Positions 10,156 to 19,790 of a DNA stretch of 33,152 bases are shown in pieces; the first letter of the stretch is position 1, and every line of letters starts with the position of its first letter. The notes under the pieces were generated by a model that was not told the DNA's origin, ran no database searches, and saw only the letters and a list, made by a program, of their open reading frames with translations. The translations under genes and the position numbers were made by a program. Source of the DNA: Promethearchaeota archaeon (GTDB lineage: Archaea > Asgardarchaeota > Lokiarchaeia > Sigyniarchaeales > SOKP01); NCBI GenBank assembly GCA_048938445.1, contig JBHLME010000046.1, forward strand, positions 1-33,152. The letters run 5' to 3'.

Positions 10156-10662
10156 ATGGGATTTGGCAAAACTTTTTTACTATGCTTAATCACTTATGTT
10201 GGAGCTACATTTGGTGGTTGGGTACTAGTATTGGCACTTAATGGATTTATTAGCTCTTTTGGTACTGCTCTGACTTCATTACCAACTATAGCAGAAGCAT
10301 TTTTTGGTCCATTTGCAGCAACCCCCTATCCTGGAGATAGCTATAGTGGTTTAGCAGGTGCGATATTATCTCTTTCAATTAGTGATATTGTAAAATTCGC
10401 TTTCTATATTGGTGCTCCACTATTAGCTGCGATCATAGCAGGAATTGTTGGTGAAAAAAAGGCAGAAGTATTTGGTGCTTGGTTATTGGTTATTAGTATT
10501 AGTATGGGTGTTGTATTAACCCTAAATCTAATTACTTACCTAATTATATATGGTGGCGGACTTTCAGTAACAGAAATAATAAATATAGTGTTGGGAGCAG
10601 TTGCACATGCATTTCTTTACGGTTGTATCGCGTTATTAGTATCAAAATCTGAATCTTTTTAA
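10156..10662 (+). CDS. Hypothetical integral membrane protein (about 4 TM helices)
   Basis: Gly/Ala-rich hydrophobic segments. ATG 10156 follows a GTGA SD-like motif (ORF track begins at GTG 10147). T-rich tract after the stop. Confidence 0.75.
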   Translation: MGFGKTFLLCLITYVGATFGGWVLVLALNGFISSFGTALTSLPTIAEAFFGPFAATPYPGDSYSGLAGAILSLSISDIVKFAFYIGAPLLAAIIAGIVGEKKAEVFGAWLLVISISMGVVLTLNLITYLIIYGGGLSVTEIINIVLGAVAHAFLYGCIALLVSKSESF

Positions 10663-10668
10663 AATAAT

Positions 10669-10703
10669 TTTTTTATTAATTTCTTTTTTCTTTTTACTTT
10701 TTA
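10669..10703 (+). terminator. Oligo-T archaeal terminator
   Basis: Several T5-T6 runs immediately after stop 10662. Confidence 0.5.
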
Positions 10704-10871
10704 GGAATTATCAAAACTATTGAATTTTTTAATTTAAGGGAGATGAATTTTAATATAAGATAATGTCATATCGAATAGTATTCAAGATACTTATGAAAAA
10801 AAATAAATTTTTAATGTTAATTCATGTTTTTCTAACCATTACTATAATTATATCACATAAAGTGGAAAAAA

Positions 10872-12326
10872 TTGGGAAAACGAGCAAGTCCTTTGGATAT
10901 TTATGCACTACTTGATAAGTCAAATTGTAAGGATTGTGGTTATGACACGTGCATGGCGTTTGCTACTGATCTTTTAGAGCGGAAGATCACGTTAGATGAC
11001 TGTACACACCTAAATCAAGACCCCAAGCAGGCAAAAAAACTTGCGAAATTAAAGGAACTTACAAGTCCACCACAAAAGCCAGTTGTTATAGGGGTTGGTG
11101 AAAGAAAATGTATTGTTGGAGGCGAGGAGGTGTTAATGAGACATCAACTCACTTTTTATAATAAAACAGGAATTTTTATTGAAGTCCCAGACGACATGGG
11201 TGCTGATTTAGAAAGTACAATAAAATATCTAACTGATATTAAAATAGATAGGATGGGAGATACTTTAACAATTGATGGTATTGCACTGCGTTGCGTATCT
11301 GGAGATGTTGAAACATTCAAAGCAGCAGCAAAAAAATTGGTAGGAACTTCAAATTTACCTATTATCTTGTGTAGTTTGAATGCTGATAACTTATTAGCGA
11401 GTGCAAGTGAAATAAAAGATAAAAAACCTTTATTATATGCTGCAACGAAAGATAATTGGGAAAAAATTGGAACTTTTGCCATACAGAATAACTTACCTGT
11501 AGCCGCAACCGCAACTAATATGGACGACTTGATGTCATTAAGCGCTACCCTTCAGAAATTAGGTGTAAAGGAGATCGTATTAGATCCAGGAACATTCTTT
11601 GGTCCAGGTAATCTGAGTGTTACTTATGATAATATCATGCAAATAAGAACAGCAGCAATCGATAATGATGATCCTAACGCGTGTTGGCCAGTTATGGGCG
11701 TACCAGCTTCATATTGGACACAAGTTAAAGCTGATGGTGATTTATGGAAGCATCAGTATCAAGAACTCATTATGGCTTCAATCATGCTCGCTATTGATAC
11801 ATCATTAATTATACTACATACTGGACAAAAAAAGGATGAAATATGGGGGCTCTTGGCATTAATGACTTTAGGACAGAGTATATTTGCTGATCCAAGAATT
11901 TATCCTGCTGTGGATCCTGGAATTTATAAAATTGGAGAACCTGCTAAAGATGCTCCAATATTTGTTACAAGCAACTATAGGATGACCAAGATTCCCGTGG
12001 AACAAGATTTACAAGGAGGGAATATTAATTGCTGGTTATTAGTAGTTGATTCCGAAGGGATAGGTATTGAATCTGCAGTCGCAGGAGGTCAATTTAATGC
12101 TGGTGCTATTGCTGAAGCTGTTAATGAATATAAGGCATTTGACAATGTAAATCATCGAATTCTTGTAATTCCAGGAATGGCCGCACGACTTAGTGGGGCA
12201 TTAGAAGATGAAGCTAATTGTTATGTCGTTGTTGGACCTCGTGACAGTTCAGGAATACCAAAATTCGTCGAAGATTTATGGACGCCTGATAAATATATGG
12301 CAGAGTTTGCCGAGCGTGGAGATTAA
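10872..12326 (+). CDS. cdhE: Acetyl-CoA decarbonylase/synthase gamma subunit (corrinoid Fe-S protein large subunit, AcsC)
   Basis: N-terminal IY.LL.KSNCKDCGYDTCMAFA..C Fe-S motif, GGEEVLMRH, KPLLYAATKDNW, PIFVTSNY..T, LVIPGMAARLSGALED..VVVGPRDSSGI; TTG start. Confidence 0.95.
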   Translation: MGKRASPLDIYALLDKSNCKDCGYDTCMAFATDLLERKITLDDCTHLNQDPKQAKKLAKLKELTSPPQKPVVIGVGERKCIVGGEEVLMRHQLTFYNKTGIFIEVPDDMGADLESTIKYLTDIKIDRMGDTLTIDGIALRCVSGDVETFKAAAKKLVGTSNLPIILCSLNADNLLASASEIKDKKPLLYAATKDNWEKIGTFAIQNNLPVAATATNMDDLMSLSATLQKLGVKEIVLDPGTFFGPGNLSVTYDNIMQIRTAAIDNDDPNACWPVMGVPASYWTQVKADGDLWKHQYQELIMASIMLAIDTSLIILHTGQKKDEIWGLLALMTLGQSIFADPRIYPAVDPGIYKIGEPAKDAPIFVTSNYRMTKIPVEQDLQGGNINCWLLVVDSEGIGIESAVAGGQFNAGAIAEAVNEYKAFDNVNHRILVIPGMAARLSGALEDEANCYVVVGPRDSSGIPKFVEDLWTPDKYMAEFAERGD

Positions 12327-12341
12327 ATAATATTCAATTTA

Positions 12342-12357
12342 TTTTCTTTCTTTTTTT
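12342..12357 (+). terminator. Oligo-T terminator after cdhE
   Basis: TTTTCTTTCTTTTTTT, 15 nt after the stop. Confidence 0.5.
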
Positions 12358-12704
12358 AAGATAAACAATACAAATTTTTTAAATTCAGAATCTCAGAAGA
12401 AAATCTTACTTACAACTTACATTGAAATAGTTTTAATCAAAAAATTCAGATTAACTCAATTATTTGCATTAATTTGATATTTTTAATTTGTAGAATAAAT
12501 ATCTCTAATTCCTCTCTTTTTAATTCGTTAAATCATTTTAAATAAAAAATTATTGGAAATTTTATTAGAATATAAAAAAGACGTTTAAAATAAAATTTTT
12601 ACAAAAATGAATTAATAAAATGTAAAATTAATTGTTAATTTTATTTTAAAGTAAATTAAATAATTATAATATTTAAAGATAAAATAAAAAATTTAGAATT
12701 AGGA

Positions 12705-14390
12705 TTAAACTTCTTCTCCTCTTTTTCTTGCTTCCAAGTCTTTAAAATCCTTTCGTACGATTTTCCCGACAAATGTTTCTTGGAGTTCTTTTCTGAATTC
12801 GATGAATTTCGGCATTTTATATGCCGCTAGATTTTCTCTGCAAAATTCTCTTATCTCGGCCTCCATTTCAGGACTTTCCACATATCCTTCTTTCAATACC
12901 ACATAAGCTTTTACTAGTTCACTTCCAGGTGTATGAGGATTAGGCATTCCAATTACAACAGCTTTTTCAATTGGTTCAAATTCGTATAATACATCTTCAA
13001 GCTCTCTTGGATAAACTTTAAATCCACTAACATTAATCATGTCTTTTTTCCGGTCGACAATAAATAAATATCCATCGTCATCAATATAACCAATATCTCC
13101 TGTAAGAAGCCATCCATTTATCAGTTGTTTTGCCGTTTCTTCTGGTTTATTCCAATACCCTTTCATTACCTGGGGTCCATTTATCATTATCTCACCAGCT
13201 TCTCCAATCGGCAAGATTTTGGTATAATCATCAATATCAACGATTCTTACATTCGTATTTGGAAATGCTAAACCAACAGAGCCAATTTTTCGTTCACCAA
13301 TTATAGGATTTGAAAAGGTGACGGGTGAAGTTTCAGACATTCCATATCCTTCCAAAATTTTACAACTGGTCTTTTCTTCAAACTCTCTCAGTACCTCAGG
13401 AGGCATAGGTGCGGCTCCAGTATTACATATTTTTATTGATTTTAGATCCTTTACATAATCTTCAAAATCATCCCGTTCTAGCAAACGCATGTACATGGTT
13501 GGTACTCCTGGAAAGAAAGTAGGTTTTGTCGCTTTAATAATCTCGAAAAACGACTTCTGATCTCTCGGATCAGGATTTAAGGCAATAGTTGTCCCTGTTC
13601 TAATAAAAGAATTCATACAAACCGTCATTCCATAGATATGGAATAATGGCAATGTTGTCAGAGCAGTTTCTTTTCCTGGCTCAGTAAAACCTGTAACCCA
13701 TTCATTTACAGAGATGACATTTGAGACGATATTATAATGTGTTAACATTGCACCTTTAGGTAATCCTGTTGTACCACCAGTATATTGAATAACAGCTACA
13801 TCTTCTTTTGCATTAGTCTCGAACTTAGGTGGATTTGGTTTGTATTTCTTTATTAAATTTACAAATTGCAATGTTCCTGATATTTCTGGTGGATTTTTGT
13901 TTGCATTTGGTGCATAATCTAAGGCATTGGTTATTATTACATGTTTGAGACGTGTAGACATTTGAATTTTTTTTATTTTGTCAAGATGTGCATCGTGACA
14001 GATGAGAACTTCTGCCCCAGAGTCATTTAATTGGTATGTTAATTCATGTTGAGTATATAAAGGATTAAATGCGGTAACGGTAGCACCTGCTTTTAAAATT
14101 CCATAGAAACTAAATAAAAATTGTGGAAAATTTGGCATCATTATCGCTACAACATCGCCTTTTTGCACACCTAAATCAACTAAAGCAGTAGCAAGTCTGT
14201 CAGCTATTTCTTTGAACTTTTTAAAGGATATTCTGTTTTCATAATACCATATTGCTGTTCTCTTTCCAAATTCCTCTACTGCATCATCGAGAATTTGGTA
14301 TAAATTTATTTCAGGAAAATCTATTTCTGCTGGAACTCCTTCGTCATAATTTTTGATCCAATGTTTACTTGCATAGGGATCTTCACTCAT
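12705..14390 (-). CDS. fadD: Long-chain fatty acid--CoA ligase (AMP-forming, FadD/LcfA-like)
   Basis: YTGGTTGLPKGAMLTH, LPLFHIYG, EGYGMSETSP, GWLLTGDIG, DRKKDMINVSGFKVYP and GKI motifs; GAGGT SD. Confidence 0.93.
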   Translation of the reverse strand: MSEDPYASKHWIKNYDEGVPAEIDFPEINLYQILDDAVEEFGKRTAIWYYENRISFKKFKEIADRLATALVDLGVQKGDVVAIMMPNFPQFLFSFYGILKAGATVTAFNPLYTQHELTYQLNDSGAEVLICHDAHLDKIKKIQMSTRLKHVIITNALDYAPNANKNPPEISGTLQFVNLIKKYKPNPPKFETNAKEDVAVIQYTGGTTGLPKGAMLTHYNIVSNVISVNEWVTGFTEPGKETALTTLPLFHIYGMTVCMNSFIRTGTTIALNPDPRDQKSFFEIIKATKPTFFPGVPTMYMRLLERDDFEDYVKDLKSIKICNTGAAPMPPEVLREFEEKTSCKILEGYGMSETSPVTFSNPIIGERKIGSVGLAFPNTNVRIVDIDDYTKILPIGEAGEIMINGPQVMKGYWNKPEETAKQLINGWLLTGDIGYIDDDGYLFIVDRKKDMINVSGFKVYPRELEDVLYEFEPIEKAVVIGMPNPHTPGSELVKAYVVLKEGYVESPEMEAEIREFCRENLAAYKMPKFIEFRKELQETFVGKIVRKDFKDLEARKRGEEV

Positions 14391-14448
14391 TTCTTTATTT
14401 ACCTCTTATTATTTATATTTGTTTTTTGTGTTTTAATTTATTTATTTA

Positions 14449-15924
14449 TTATTGATTTCGTTTAATTAAATCAAGAGCAAAATCAGCTGCGGTACTTACG
14501 TAATCGTATTTATCGTGGTATAGCATCTCTAATCCCGTTTCTATTTCTGGTGTCATTATTCCTATTTTTCCCAAAGCTTCAGCAGCCCTCCATCTCACTT
14601 CTGATTCCCTATCGTGTAGAGCAGCTATAAGAGCTGGAATGGCATTTTGCGCATTTGCACCTAGATTTCCTACTGCAAGTGCAGAGGTTCTACGAACAAT
14701 GTTCATAGGATCTTTTAGCGCTTCAATTAATACATCTATAGCAAGTTCTGAGTTATGTCCGATTTTTCCTAAAGTTCGAGATATTTGAACTCTTACAGAA
14801 GTCGTTTTTGAATATGCGTTATTTAGACTTGATAAAATCCTATTGGATAAAAGTTTAAAGTAATATTTGAATTTTTCATTAAATTTTTTGAGGTTTTCGG
14901 GTTTCTCAAGTATTAATCTCTTGGGTCTAAGAATCCCGCTTTTTTCAAATATTTCAATTATTTTAGGAATTTTATCCGTCAGATCTACCTCCATAGCTCC
15001 AATTGATGCAATTATGAGAATCCTTCGTCTATTACTACTTTTGATGATTGCTTCGAGTAAGAAAAGTAAGGTTCTCTTGCCTATAATTCGAAGAGCTTCT
15101 ATTGCTTCACCTCTTAGTATTGCTGAATTACTGTATACATAAGTGTTTATTGCATTAATTATCTCAGGATCGTCTCTTTTTATCTCACCCAAAACTTCAA
15201 TTATACCTTTTTTAACTATAAATTTTTCCTTATCAAGAGTAGTTAGAATGAGTGGAATATCATTTTTAGCACATAATTTCAATGAATTAATTGCTCTATG
15301 TCTCACTCTCCAATCTCTATCTCCAAGTGCAATGAGTAATGGAGGGACGGATTCTTTTATCTCTTGACCAATTTGTCCGATTGATATTGCTGCTGCAGCT
15401 CGAACTTTCCAACTGATATCATCAAGACGATTAATCAAGGTAGCGAGTGCTTCAGATGAATTTAATCCAATCATCCCTAGTGATCTTGTTGCCTCAATGC
15501 GAACATCTTCATCAGTGTCACGTGTAGCTGTGATCAGACTAGAAATAACTTCTGGAGATTGGTAACCTATTTTTCCTAAACTTATTGCAACTTCTTTTCG
15601 GAGGGTAACTTCTTTATTTATAATCATTTTTGCCAATTTGGAAACTGCTTCTTTAGACATATCTCCAAGATTTCCGAGGGAACGAACAGCTTCCCGACAA
15701 ATACTCCAATCATCATCTTCTAAGCATGATGCTAAACCAGGAAGAGCTGATTGAGAATTTTCTCCTAATTTACCTAAAATTAATATTGAATTAAATCGAA
15801 TAGACCTTATTTTACTACTTAACTGTTCAATAACTTCACTGATAATTGAGGAATCTCTTTTTATTTTAGATAAGATTAAATCAATCCTTCCATCTCTTAA
15901 TAAACTTTCTAATGATGCAGACAT
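14449..15924 (-). CDS. HEAT/PBS-lyase-repeat protein
   Basis: Repeated ~31-33 aa units such as LEDDDWSICREAVRSLG, RDTDEDVRIEATRSLG, LDDISWKVRAAAAISIG, LGDRDWRVRHRAINSL, LKDPMNIVRRTSALAVG, LHDRESEVRWRAAEALG. Confidence 0.92.
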   Translation of the reverse strand: MSASLESLLRDGRIDLILSKIKRDSSIISEVIEQLSSKIRSIRFNSILILGKLGENSQSALPGLASCLEDDDWSICREAVRSLGNLGDMSKEAVSKLAKMIINKEVTLRKEVAISLGKIGYQSPEVISSLITATRDTDEDVRIEATRSLGMIGLNSSEALATLINRLDDISWKVRAAAAISIGQIGQEIKESVPPLLIALGDRDWRVRHRAINSLKLCAKNDIPLILTTLDKEKFIVKKGIIEVLGEIKRDDPEIINAINTYVYSNSAILRGEAIEALRIIGKRTLLFLLEAIIKSSNRRRILIIASIGAMEVDLTDKIPKIIEIFEKSGILRPKRLILEKPENLKKFNEKFKYYFKLLSNRILSSLNNAYSKTTSVRVQISRTLGKIGHNSELAIDVLIEALKDPMNIVRRTSALAVGNLGANAQNAIPALIAALHDRESEVRWRAAEALGKIGIMTPEIETGLEMLYHDKYDYVSTAADFALDLIKRNQ

Positions 15925-15934
15925 TTTTTACACC

Positions 15935-16657
15935 TTATAATCCTAAATATACTTTTTTAATCCTTGGTTCTTTTTCTAATTCTTCCCTGGTGCCTCTCAT
16001 TTCAATCTTTCCTTCTTCTAAAACATTAATGTTATCTGCATAATCCATAGCGATAGCAGCATCTTGTTCGACTAATAAAGTGGTTACTCCCTGATCTCTT
16101 ATTTTTTGAATGGCATCCATAATATCAACTTTAATTTTAGGGGCCAATCCTATTGAAGGTTCGTCTAGTAATAGAAGTTCTGGATCAGCCATTAGAGCAC
16201 GTCCAAGAGCAAGCATTTGCTGTTCTCCTCCGCTTAATGTTCCTGCTCGTTGTTTTTTTCTTTCTCTAAGACGAGGAAAAATTGTAAAAACATAATTTAA
16301 TAGCTCTGCACGCCTTTTTCTATTTTTTAAGTAAAAAGCACCCATCTCAAGGTTTTCTAAGACAGTCATGTCATAAAAAAGTTTTCTTCTTTCGGGACAA
16401 TGTGCAATTCTTAATCGAGCAATTTTATAAGCATCTAATTCATCGATTCTCATACCTTTAAAGAATATCTTTCCCCGATCAATTTCTTCTAAACCTGAAA
16501 TTACTCGCAAGAGTGTAGTTTTTCCTGCACCATTTGGTCCAATGACCGCGTCCAGTGCTTTTTCTTTTACACCTAAATTTACTTCTTCAATAGATTTAGC
16601 TTTTCCATAATAATGATATATTTTTTTTATTTCAAGTATAGGTTTTTCATAAGTCAT
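15935..16657 (-). CDS. livF: Branched-chain amino acid (HAAT)-type ABC transporter ATPase, LivF-like
   Basis: GPNGAGKTT, HCPERRKLF..MTVLENLEMG, LSGGEQQMLA, LLLDEPS.GLAP, LVEQ. Confidence 0.92.
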   Translation of the reverse strand: MTYEKPILEIKKIYHYYGKAKSIEEVNLGVKEKALDAVIGPNGAGKTTLLRVISGLEEIDRGKIFFKGMRIDELDAYKIARLRIAHCPERRKLFYDMTVLENLEMGAFYLKNRKRRAELLNYVFTIFPRLRERKKQRAGTLSGGEQQMLALGRALMADPELLLLDEPSIGLAPKIKVDIMDAIQKIRDQGVTTLLVEQDAAIAMDYADNINVLEEGKIEMRGTREELEKEPRIKKVYLGL

Positions 16658-16710
16658 TAAAATTCACCTTTATATTATCTATTGTCCAATTCTTCGATTT
16701 TATTATTTAT

Positions 16711-17439
16711 TTAATATTTTCCTAAATATGCTTCATAAACTCGTTTATCTTGAGTAACTTCTTCAGGAGTTCCATCAGCTAGTAATTTACCTCGATCCAT
16801 GACAATTACTCGAGGAACAACAGCCATTAATTCACGCAATACATGACCCACTATAATTATTGTATACCCTTGAGCATGTAAATCCCGAATTAATTGAACA
16901 ATACCTGCTTGTTCATCACGTGAAAGCCCACTAAATGGTTCGTCAAGGAGGAGTAATTCTGGATTAGTAGCAAGAGCTCGTGCAAATTCTACTCTTTTTA
17001 AATCACCGTGAGGTAAAATAATAGGAGGGATTCGTGCCTTATCTATTAATCCCACATTTGTGAGAATGGTGCTAGCTTGTTGTTCCAGGTTTTCTAAGTG
17101 CTGCATTTTTTTACTCCTAGGAGACATACACCCGATCATTACATTATCAAGTAATGAAAGTGTGCGTAGAGGCCTTACTACTTGAAAAGTTCTCGCAATT
17201 CCTGCATTAACAATTCGATGGGGTTTTTTATTAGTTATATTCATCCCATTAAACCAAATAGTACCTGTATTTGCGCGTGCAAAACCTGAGATTAAATTAA
17301 AGAGGGTTGTTTTTCCGGCACCATTTGGTCCAATTAATCCAAGTAATTCACCGCGATTTAGTTCAAAGCTTACATCATTTACAGCGGTCAATCCACCAAA
17401 TTTTTTTGTTAGGTTTTTAACTTGTAATATGTTTCCCAT
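16711..17439 (-). CDS. livG: HAAT-type ABC transporter ATPase, LivG-like
   Basis: FGGLTAVNDVSF, GPNGAGKTTLFN, GIARTFQ, LPHG.LKRVE.ARALA, EAYLG. Confidence 0.92.
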   Translation of the reverse strand: MGNILQVKNLTKKFGGLTAVNDVSFELNRGELLGLIGPNGAGKTTLFNLISGFARANTGTIWFNGMNITNKKPHRIVNAGIARTFQVVRPLRTLSLLDNVMIGCMSPRSKKMQHLENLEQQASTILTNVGLIDKARIPPIILPHGDLKRVEFARALATNPELLLLDEPFSGLSRDEQAGIVQLIRDLHAQGYTIIIVGHVLRELMAVVPRVIVMDRGKLLADGTPEEVTQDKRVYEAYLGKY

Positions 17440-17483
17440 AATAAATTTTACCTTTTTCTATATTTTAATTTATGAAATTATTT

Positions 17484-18680
17484 TTATTTTCCAGATACAA
17501 GATCCCATAATGTTTTTGAGTGTTTTATAAGAGGTTCCATAACTCCACGTTCTGTGAATCGTATGATCACTATTAAAATGACGGCAAAAATTAATAAAGA
17601 AAGGACATCAACATAACGTATTATTTGACTTGAGTCAAAAAATGGAAGGAAATCAACTATTAATGGAAATATTTCTTGTATGATTTGTCTAACAAATACA
17701 AAAGTAAAAGCCCCCATAACTGCTCCAGATATCTGGGCGATTCCCCCTAAACACGCAAATATGACCGGATAGAATGAAAGTGAAGTTGAAAACTCAAAAT
17801 ATGTGGCTTGTCCATTGTGCAAACAGTAAAGAGCTCCTGCTATACCCGCAAAAAAAGCACTGATCATAAATGCATATAATTTATATTTCCATGTATTAAC
17901 TCCAGAAGCTTTTATTGCATTTTCATCATCACGTATGCCTTTAAATATCTTACCGAGTTTTGAATTGTAGATGACTAACAATACAGTAATACAAATTACC
18001 GTGACAATTAAAACAAATATTAATTGCCTTTGCAGATCACCCCTATAAGGTACTTTAATTGCTAATGGTAAATCTATGGTATCTATTTCATAAGGTAGAA
18101 TATATTGTTTAAATAGGTCAATATACTCAGGTTGTTGGCACACATAGTATAAAATTAAGCTAAAAGCCAAAGTTCCCAAAGCTAAATATGGTCCTCTAAA
18201 TCTTAGAGAAGGGACGGCTATTATTAATCCAAATAATACTGTTAGAACACCAGCCAGGATCATTAATAAAACTAGATTGACAGCGGTATACAAATTGATT
18301 AATAATGCTATAGCATATGCTCCAAGTCCAAAAAATGCGGCATGTCCAAAACTAACTTGACCTGTAACTCCCGATAGCAAATCCCAACTAGCCGAAAATA
18401 TTGAATAAATCATAGCTAAAATAAAAAGAGCATAATATTCCTGAGTATTAATGAAGAACATTAATACAGTCATAAAAATGAGAACAAATATAATGAGTCC
18501 TCCTCTGAATGATAATATCCATTCTTTGTAATTATTAGCTTTTTTTGGAATCGAATAGGTAGAAATATTTTTTAATTTTTGAGAAGTGCGTTGAAAAATA
18601 TTCCTATTAGCACCTAGTGTTTCATTTTTATCATCTATAAATGATAAGTTAGTGTTCAGTTTTTCTTCTTTTGTTTCCAT
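17484..18680 (-). CDS. livM: HAAT-type ABC transporter permease, LivM-like
   Basis: G.TGQVSFGHAAFFGLGAY, LRFRGPYLAL.TLAF, IRDDE.A..ASGVN. ATG 18680 follows a GTGA SD (ORF track begins at GTG 18692). Confidence 0.92.
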   Translation of the reverse strand: METKEEKLNTNLSFIDDKNETLGANRNIFQRTSQKLKNISTYSIPKKANNYKEWILSFRGGLIIFVLIFMTVLMFFINTQEYYALFILAMIYSIFSASWDLLSGVTGQVSFGHAAFFGLGAYAIALLINLYTAVNLVLLMILAGVLTVLFGLIIAVPSLRFRGPYLALGTLAFSLILYYVCQQPEYIDLFKQYILPYEIDTIDLPLAIKVPYRGDLQRQLIFVLIVTVICITVLLVIYNSKLGKIFKGIRDDENAIKASGVNTWKYKLYAFMISAFFAGIAGALYCLHNGQATYFEFSTSLSFYPVIFACLGGIAQISGAVMGAFTFVFVRQIIQEIFPLIVDFLPFFDSSQIIRYVDVLSLLIFAVILIVIIRFTERGVMEPLIKHSKTLWDLVSGK

Positions 18681-18748
18681 GTTATTATTCACATCTTATT
18701 TGATTTTTTTTAAAGTTAATTTTTTATTTATCTATTATTATAATTGTT

Positions 18749-19636
18749 CTATACTCTTTCTTTCTTTCCAAAAATTCCTCGAGGTCTTATAATAAGCACT
18801 GCAACTAATATTATTAGAGGAAATATATTATATAATGCAGGATCAATGAAAATTTGGCAGAAGTATGTGGAATAAGAAACTATAAATGAACCTATTAAAG
18901 TTCCAGGGATACTCCCTACTCCACCAAGTATTACCACTGACATTGATAATAAAAGAAAATTCCACCCTGTACTTGCCTCCATACCGCCTACAGGTATGTA
19001 CAATATAGCAGCTAATCCTGCGAGAAAAGTTGATAAAACGACAGTAATTAAAAGAATTTTGTTGAGATTGATGCCCATTAATTGAGCAGCTTCATGATCT
19101 TGAGAAACTGCTCTTATGGCTCGACCATATTTTGAATATTTTATGAATAGCATTACAGTAGTGATAATGATTATCGATAAAATTATCACGATTATTTCCT
19201 GATATTCTATTATTGTGTCAAAAACAAAATATCCCCCCTCAATAAAGACAGGAAGCGAAAAAAGTGTAAATCCCGGTTGCATATATTCATTAAGAGAGAT
19301 TATCTCTCCAAGAAGAAATGCCAAGGCAAATGTACTAATCATGATGAAAATTTCATTATTTTGAAATGGTTTTACTAGAATTACATATGTAAGCGCTCCA
19401 ATTATAGTAATTGTTATTAAACCAATAATTATAGAACCAAGATATGGCATACCTACATAACGATATAAACTAAAGACTAAATAACCCGTAAAAAAATAAT
19501 ACATTCCATGACTAAGATTAATTATCTTTCCAACGCCATAACTTAAAGAATAACCCAAAGCAATTAAACAAGTCACTAATCCATAACTAGTTCCTTGAAA
19601 TAGAAGTTGAAAAATACCTCCTGCAATATCTACCAA
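18749..19636 (-). CDS. livH: HAAT-type ABC transporter permease, LivH-like
   Basis: LIALGYSLSYGVGKIINLSHG, GRAIRAVSQDHEAAQLMGIN, VILGGVGSIPG, RPRGIFG; TTG start. Confidence 0.92.
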   Translation of the reverse strand: MVDIAGGIFQLLFQGTSYGLVTCLIALGYSLSYGVGKIINLSHGMYYFFTGYLVFSLYRYVGMPYLGSIIIGLITITIIGALTYVILVKPFQNNEIFIMISTFALAFLLGEIISLNEYMQPGFTLFSLPVFIEGGYFVFDTIIEYQEIIVIILSIIIITTVMLFIKYSKYGRAIRAVSQDHEAAQLMGINLNKILLITVVLSTFLAGLAAILYIPVGGMEASTGWNFLLLSMSVVILGGVGSIPGTLIGSFIVSYSTYFCQIFIDPALYNIFPLIILVAVLIIRPRGIFGKKERV

Positions 19637-19757
19637 AATTCATCAATCCCTTTTTTATAAACTCATTTTTGATGTTAAATAAATAAATTAATAATTATTT
19701 AAAAACTTTTCTTGTATTTTTACTTCAATTCGGTGTATATCCTTCATTATTTTAATT

Positions 19758-19773
19758 AAAAAAAAAAAAAAAA
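19758..19773 (-). terminator. T16 homopolymer, probable intra-operon terminator after the binding-protein gene
   Basis: A16 on the + strand, 17 nt downstream of stop 19791 on the - strand. Confidence 0.6.
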
Positions 19774-19790
19774 GATTGTTTATATTTAAT

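Noticed and set aside
12327-12704. A 378-bp extremely AT-rich gap between convergent cdhE and fadD as an ncRNA or replication origin
   Set aside because: No GC-rich stem, C/D boxes, ORB-like G-string repeats or cdc6 gene; consistent with terminator and spacer DNA
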